Shown here: positions 58,801-64,000 of the stretch, piece by piece
Layout of the letters: each line of letters opens with the position of its first letter
Numbering within the stretch: position 1 is the first letter of the stretch
Made by a program: the position numbers and the translations under genes
Origin: Halobacteriovoraceae bacterium
Lineage (GTDB): Bacteria > Bdellovibrionota > Bacteriovoracia > Bacteriovoracales > Bacteriovoracaceae
Direction: 5' to 3'
Length of the DNA: 64,000 bases
NCBI GenBank assembly: GCA_963719505.1
Contig: CAVRCF010000001.1
Span: forward strand, 1,223,754-1,287,753
The notes under the pieces: generated by a model
Database searches by the model: none
What the model was told of the DNA's origin: nothing
Seen by the model: only the letters and a program-made list of their open reading frames with translations

Positions 58801-60237
58801 ATGTCTGTGCGCGTCAGGTTTGCACCAAGTCCAACTGGTTACCTTCACATCGGTGGAGCGAGAACCGCTCTTTATAATTACCTTCTCGCTAAAAAACACG
58901 GTGGGAAATTTATCATTCGAGTGGAAGACACAGATGAAGAAAGAAGTAAAAAAGAGTATGAAGAGCTTCAACTTGCTGATCTCGCTTGGCTAGGAATCCA
59001 ACATGATATTGGACCTGGAAAAGAAGATGAGCATGGTCCCTATAGACAGTCTGAAAGGCTCCATATTTATCAAGAATACACAGATAAGTTAGTTGATAAA
59101 GGCCTTGCTTTTTATGACTTTTGCACAGAAGAAGAAATTGAAGCTATGCGAGAGCTTAATGAAAAAGATGGGACAGCGGCTTATACTGGAAAGTGGAGAG
59201 ACGAAGAAAATTTTGCAGAAGCAAAAAAGAGAGTCGCTGCTGGAGAGAAAACTTCTGTTCGCTTTAAAGTCGATGCTTCTAAGGCTTATGAGTTTGATGA
59301 TCTTGTTCGTAAGAATGTAAAATTTCCAGCTGGCATGGTTGGAGACTTTGTGATTATGCGATCCAATGGTGTACCAACTTATAACTTTTGTAATGTTATT
59401 GACGATCACCTTCACCAAATTTCCCATGTCCTAAGAGGGGAAGAGCATCTGAACAATACAGTTCGACAACTTATGATCTATGAGGCTTATGGATGGGATG
59501 CTCCACTTTTTGCTCACCTTTCAATTATGATTGGAGAAGATAGACAAAAGCTCTCGAAAAGACACGGAGCAACCTCTGTTCATTTATATAAACAAGAGTC
59601 TTACCTTCCAGAGGCTATGAATAACTATCTGGCACTCCTTGGTTGGTCTCATCCTGAGGAACTTTCTATTTTTAATAAAGAGGATCTAGTAGGAGTCTTT
59701 GACGAGCACAGATTTAATAAATCTCCCGCTATGTATGATATCGAAAAATTAAAGTGGACCAACGGTCAACACCTCAAAGCGATGAGTGAAGAAGACTTTT
59801 TAACTTACGCCATTAAAGCAATCGATAAAGACCATTACTTTCACACACAAAGTGACGAGTGGAAAAAAAATTGCGTCAATCTTTTAAGAGAAAAAGTCGA
59901 CTTAATCTCTGAAATACCAGACCTCATAGACTCAACAATTCTAAATGAAAGTTTCCAAAAAACACAGGAACTCGACGATATTCTTTCGTGGGAGACGACT
60001 CCAAAGATATTGGAGTACGTAAAGTCTCAACTTGAAGATATCAAGGAAGATCATGTGAGCGCAGAAACATTTAGCTCTTGGATGGACTTCTGCAAGAAAG
60101 AACTGAGTATCAAAGGCAAGCCTTTATTCATGGGCTTTAGAGGAGTACTCACGGGGCAAGATCATGGACCCGACTTAAAAGTTCTTGTCCCATTGACTCC
60201 AATTGAAACAATCAGAAAAAGAGTTTCATCTCTTTAA
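58801..60237 (+). CDS. gltX: Glutamate--tRNA ligase
   Basis: RFAPSPTGYLHIGG, PYRQSER, RGEEH, KLSKRHG. Confidence 0.97.
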   Translation: MSVRVRFAPSPTGYLHIGGARTALYNYLLAKKHGGKFIIRVEDTDEERSKKEYEELQLADLAWLGIQHDIGPGKEDEHGPYRQSERLHIYQEYTDKLVDKGLAFYDFCTEEEIEAMRELNEKDGTAAYTGKWRDEENFAEAKKRVAAGEKTSVRFKVDASKAYEFDDLVRKNVKFPAGMVGDFVIMRSNGVPTYNFCNVIDDHLHQISHVLRGEEHLNNTVRQLMIYEAYGWDAPLFAHLSIMIGEDRQKLSKRHGATSVHLYKQESYLPEAMNNYLALLGWSHPEELSIFNKEDLVGVFDEHRFNKSPAMYDIEKLKWTNGQHLKAMSEEDFLTYAIKAIDKDHYFHTQSDEWKKNCVNLLREKVDLISEIPDLIDSTILNESFQKTQELDDILSWETTPKILEYVKSQLEDIKEDHVSAETFSSWMDFCKKELSIKGKPLFMGFRGVLTGQDHGPDLKVLVPLTPIETIRKRVSSL

Positions 60238-60249
60238 AGGAAATAAAAA

Positions 60250-61941
60250 ATGGAAAAAGGACCTTCTATTTTAGAAAAAGAGCATCGGAATTTTATTGAA
60301 AATTTTATTGCTGAAGATTTGAAATCAGGGAAACACGGAGGTCAAATAGTGACTCGTTTTCCGCCAGAGCCAAACGGTTATCTTCATATTGGCCACTGTA
60401 AGGCTTTTTGTTTTAATTTTAATCTAGCAAGAGATAATGAGAATGCTCATTGCAACTTAAGGTTTGATGATACGAATCCAGAAAAAGAAAGTGATGAGTA
60501 TGTTAACGCTATAAAAGAAGACATCAAATGGATGGGTTATGATTGGGGAGAGAATTTATTTTTTGCCTCAGACTATTTTGAAGAACTTTATGGCTTTGCC
60601 ATCGAACTTATTGAAAAAGGCTTAGCTTATGTTGATGAGCAGTCTACTGATGAGATGAGAGCTCAAAGAGGAAACCTTCAGTCTCCAGGTGTTAATTCTC
60701 CTCATCGCCACAGGTCAATTGAAGTGAACCTAAAGCTTTTTAAAGAGATGCGTGAAGGTAAGTATGATGATGGAGCGATGGTTCTTAGAGCTAAAATAGA
60801 TATGGCGTCGCCAAATATGAATATGAGAGATCCGGCGATCTATAGAATAAGAAAAATTCATCATCATAGAACGGGAGATAAGTGGTGTATCTACCCGATG
60901 TACGATTTTCAACATCCGATAAGTGACGCTTTAGAGGGAGTGACCTACTCCTTATGTTCCTTGGAGTATGAAGATCATAGACCACTTTACGATTGGTTTG
61001 TCGATAATACCTCTGTAAAGTCGAAGCCAAGACAAATAGAGTTTTCAAGGCTTGATCTCGACTACACAATGATGAGTAAGCGTTATCTTCTACAATTAGT
61101 AGAGGAGGGGCACGTTGATGGCTGGACAGATCCAAGAATGCCAACCGTAAGTGGAATGAGAAGACGTGGCTATCCCGCAGCAGCGATTAGAAAATTTATG
61201 GACATGATTGGTATGTCTAAGAATGAAACAATCATTGAACTTTCAGTTCTTGAAGGATGCGTGAGGGATGTTCTAAACTCTTCTGTAAAAAGATGTTTAG
61301 GAGTACTCGATCCAATAAAGGTTACAATTACAAACTGGGATAAAGAAGATCAGCAAATAGATGCTCCCTTTCATCCTCAAGACACAAGCTATGGAAGCAG
61401 AAAAATAAATTTTGGAAAAGAACTTTATATCGATAGAAGTGACTGGATGGATGATCCTCCTAGCCCGAAGAAATGGTACCGTCTAGGTCCAGATAGAAGT
61501 GTAAGGCTTCGGTATGGTTATGTTATTACTGTTGAAGATTTCGTAAAAGACGATTCTGGAGTTGTTGTTGAACTTAAGTGTAAATATCATGAAGACTCCT
61601 TTGGAGGTGTTCAGCCTGAAGCTTTAGAGAAAAAGGTTAAAGGGATTATCCACTGGGTTAATGCAAAGGATGCAAAGGATGTAGAGGTTAGACTTTACGA
61701 TAGACTTTTTAAAGTTGAAAATCCGAAGGCCTCTGAAAATTTTCTTGAACAACTCAACGAAGATTCTCTTTCTATTATCACGGCAAAAGTTGAGCCCTAC
61801 CTTTTTGAAGCCTCAATAGGGGAACAATTTCAATTTGAAAGAATGGGCTACTTCACTGTTGATAGTAAGTTTTCTTCGAAGGAAAAACCGGTATTCAATA
61901 GGACAGTAGACCTAAGAGATAACTGGCAAAAAAATAGCTAA
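60250..61941 (+). CDS. glnS: Glutamine--tRNA ligase
   Basis: TRFPPEPNGYLHIGH, IYPMYDF, MSKR, GW.DPRMPT, KGIIHWV, QFER.GYF. Confidence 0.96.
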   Translation: MEKGPSILEKEHRNFIENFIAEDLKSGKHGGQIVTRFPPEPNGYLHIGHCKAFCFNFNLARDNENAHCNLRFDDTNPEKESDEYVNAIKEDIKWMGYDWGENLFFASDYFEELYGFAIELIEKGLAYVDEQSTDEMRAQRGNLQSPGVNSPHRHRSIEVNLKLFKEMREGKYDDGAMVLRAKIDMASPNMNMRDPAIYRIRKIHHHRTGDKWCIYPMYDFQHPISDALEGVTYSLCSLEYEDHRPLYDWFVDNTSVKSKPRQIEFSRLDLDYTMMSKRYLLQLVEEGHVDGWTDPRMPTVSGMRRRGYPAAAIRKFMDMIGMSKNETIIELSVLEGCVRDVLNSSVKRCLGVLDPIKVTITNWDKEDQQIDAPFHPQDTSYGSRKINFGKELYIDRSDWMDDPPSPKKWYRLGPDRSVRLRYGYVITVEDFVKDDSGVVVELKCKYHEDSFGGVQPEALEKKVKGIIHWVNAKDAKDVEVRLYDRLFKVENPKASENFLEQLNEDSLSIITAKVEPYLFEASIGEQFQFERMGYFTVDSKFSSKEKPVFNRTVDLRDNWQKNS

Positions 61942-61975
61942 GAGCTTGTAATTAAAGATATTATGATGTGTTGAT

Positions 61976-62003
61976 TAAACAAATCGCCTAACCAAACCGA
62001 AAA
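61976..62003 (+). promoter_or_regulatory. Putative sigma28 (FliA) promoter
   Basis: TAAA-N16-ACCGAAAA, 19 nt upstream of the lipoprotein start. Confidence 0.4.
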
Positions 62004-62022
62004 GGTATGGAATAGGCGGTTT

Positions 62023-63390
62023 ATGAAATATAGTTATCCATTAATTCTTGTGCTTTTAGTTTATGCCTCAGGTTGTGCAACTCAAAAAGAGCCAAAAGTA
62101 AATTCACGGGAAATTGCAAGCATCAAACAGAGCTTTACCTCTGTTCAGATGGGCCTTGATATCTGCATGCAACCTTCAAAAATGGACTGTTCTTTGGAGG
62201 ATTTAAGTTGTCAGCAAGAGGCCGCTGTAAAATGTACGGCTTTAGTTCAGGGACCTGAGGAATCAGAAAAGATAACCTATCAGACAAATGAACTTATCCA
62301 GCAAGGAGCCGACTTTTCGAAATATGCTTGGCTTTTACTCAATCCTTCAAAAATTTCTAAAACAATTAAATTTATAAAAAAACTTAATAGTATTTTTCAA
62401 GAAATAAAAAAGACAGGTCTTGATAAAATGCACGGTCAGGGCAGAGGAGTTTTTGCTTCAGCTTTTCTCGTTGAGGGAAGAAACTTTCACCTCGAGTCCA
62501 TGATCTTCAATCGGGAAATGAATTTGTACTGTGCTCCTGGTATGCAATACTCAACTGATATCGGTGCACAGGCGGGCTTTTCAAAGTCCATCGCACTTGG
62601 TTGCAAAGACAACACTTCTTACGAGGGGCAATTTGTCTCGTTAGGAGCTGGTGTGAGCTTTACAAACTTTGGAATACCTTTAGCGGTGGATGCTGCCTAT
62701 AGTTTTGGTCTGGACACCAAGACTTTCGGTCGTCATTTAAAAGGGGCTAATATTAATAGCGAAAGTCTCTTGGATGAGTTCAAGCAGCTTCAACTCCTTC
62801 TTCCACAGTTTTTAGTAAACTCTGGACTCTCTGGGGTCGAAAAAAGAGCACTAAAGTTATCATTGATTATTGCGACTTCTTCATTAGGAGATATCGATTT
62901 TAGTAAATCTTTATCAGAAGATGTTAAGGCCAGCGAATTTGATCTCTCAAACATAAAAAAGAATTCATCTTTTGGCCTTATCGCAAAGAAGCTTCTGGAG
63001 TCTGCTGACTTAAATGACTTTCTAGAAAATTATAATTTTGAAAACACAAAGAAAGTGATGCGCTCACTTGCAAAGTCTCTGTCCGGTTGCGATAGTATTT
63101 CGGGAAGTATAAGTGCTGAACTCACTGCCATGCCTTTTAGTGTTACGGTTGCCAGTTCAATGTATAAAAAACTTTTAAGTGTTGATATTGAAAAAGTAAC
63201 AAGCTTAAAAAACTTAACAGCTTTTATGCTTCTCAATCCCATCTTTATGGATCGGTATACATTAAAGAAAGCTATTGAGATTGCTGTGTTAGTGGATCAA
63301 TTCCCAAGTGTTATGGCAAACAAGTGCTACAGCGATGAGTATAATGAAATGACCAAGGCCCTAAGCCTTGGTCGGTACCTTGTAAGATAA
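62023..63390 (+). CDS. Hypothetical lipoprotein
   Basis: Lipobox ASGC; several Cys; Gly-rich beta segment (IGAQAG...GC...YEG.FVSLGAGVS). Confidence 0.7.
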   Translation: MKYSYPLILVLLVYASGCATQKEPKVNSREIASIKQSFTSVQMGLDICMQPSKMDCSLEDLSCQQEAAVKCTALVQGPEESEKITYQTNELIQQGADFSKYAWLLLNPSKISKTIKFIKKLNSIFQEIKKTGLDKMHGQGRGVFASAFLVEGRNFHLESMIFNREMNLYCAPGMQYSTDIGAQAGFSKSIALGCKDNTSYEGQFVSLGAGVSFTNFGIPLAVDAAYSFGLDTKTFGRHLKGANINSESLLDEFKQLQLLLPQFLVNSGLSGVEKRALKLSLIIATSSLGDIDFSKSLSEDVKASEFDLSNIKKNSSFGLIAKKLLESADLNDFLENYNFENTKKVMRSLAKSLSGCDSISGSISAELTAMPFSVTVASSMYKKLLSVDIEKVTSLKNLTAFMLLNPIFMDRYTLKKAIEIAVLVDQFPSVMANKCYSDEYNEMTKALSLGRYLVR

Positions 63391-63999
63391 CTATTTTCGC
63401 GAAAGCTCAATAAGTTTATTCACGACATTCACAAAGGGCTGCGGTCTATTGATGGAAAACTCGCATGGAACAGTAACAAGCGGACCTTTCCATCTGGTCG
63501 ATAGAAGCTCACACTTTTCATTCCAACCTAGGTCACTCGACTTTTTATACATAAATCCATGTGTTAATTTTGCAGCAGCTAACCAGTTTGCAGGTGGAGC
63601 AATTGTCGTATCTGTCCACTGTGATACAGTTGAATTTTCAGAAAAATAAGCTTTAGAGACATCTTTAATTTCTCCAGCTCTTTTCCAATGCTTTGTAACG
63701 GTCCAGAAAAAATCAGGTTGAGTTCTCTTGCCAGCTAGTCTCAAAAATGGTTTTCCCGTTTCTTTAGCTCGCCACTGGCCACCAATAATATCTCCATTTT
63801 CTCGCAGTTCTAAATCATACATCATAGGAATTGTTTTAATTTCATCTAATTGAGAGTTATCGTATGAATTTCGATCAGGTCTATTCCAACTAATATAACT
63901 CATCTGTACTCTTACTCCGACGATGAGCTTTGCCTCAGGATTTCTGTAAGCATAAAACTGATCATCATTCGTTATGGGTTTTATCGAATTGCTAAGAGA
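63391..63999 (-). CDS. Transglutaminase-elicitor-like protein (C-terminal part; gene continues beyond the window)
   Basis: Frame is open to the window edge; YDLEL..NG.IIGGQW......PDFFW resembles the C-terminal motif of TGase-elicitor-like proteins. Confidence 0.6.
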   Translation of the reverse strand, partial: SLSNSIKPITNDDQFYAYRNPEAKLIVGVRVQMSYISWNRPDRNSYDNSQLDEIKTIPMMYDLELRENGDIIGGQWRAKETGKPFLRLAGKRTQPDFFWTVTKHWKRAGEIKDVSKAYFSENSTVSQWTDTTIAPPANWLAAAKLTHGFMYKKSSDLGWNEKCELLSTRWKGPLVTVPCEFSINRPQPFVNVVNKLIELSRK

Positions 64000-64000
64000 G

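Noticed and set aside
3846-63649. Remaining short ORF-track entries nested in or antisense to assigned genes, and over-extended starts (3327, 9652, 14535, 29166, 35549, 36758, 51379, 56352)
   Set aside because: They overlap well-supported genes. Downstream starts fit RBS position, signal peptides or family length better.

Overview
AT-rich bacterial chromosomal segment, most likely from a predatory Bdellovibrionota (Bacteriovoracaceae/Halobacteriovoraceae-like). This assignment is an inference from gene content (Hypr-type GGDEF, Bd1075/Csd6-type LD-peptidase, GYF_2 protein, CarD, GldA/F/G-like ABC operon, many Cys-rich secreted hypotheticals), not from a database search. It carries about 55 genes, mostly housekeeping (htpG, mce, fliL, ald, nadE, trmFO, tdk, hpt, smpB, rsmA, tsaD, cpoB, pal, sucCD, ndk, carD, gltX, glnS). 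I found no rRNA, tRNA, CRISPR array or mobile element. The main points are: (1) a two-gene operon at 55.8-57.4 kb encoding a stand-alone colicin E3-type rRNase (YEWDSQHGxxE motif intact) with its own signal peptide, a secreted partner with membrane-inserting features, no adjacent immunity gene, and a sigma28/FliA-like promoter; (2) an unannotated ~95-nt candidate sRNA behind a perfect sigma54 promoter at 48.0 kb; (3) a Hypr-signature (cGAMP-type) GGDEF coupled to an acidic scaffold-like protein and a metallophosphoesterase; (4) an LD-peptidase/NTF2 plus bactofilin cell-shape operon; (5) many frameshifts in sucCD that look like two strain alleles merged during assembly rather than real gene decay.
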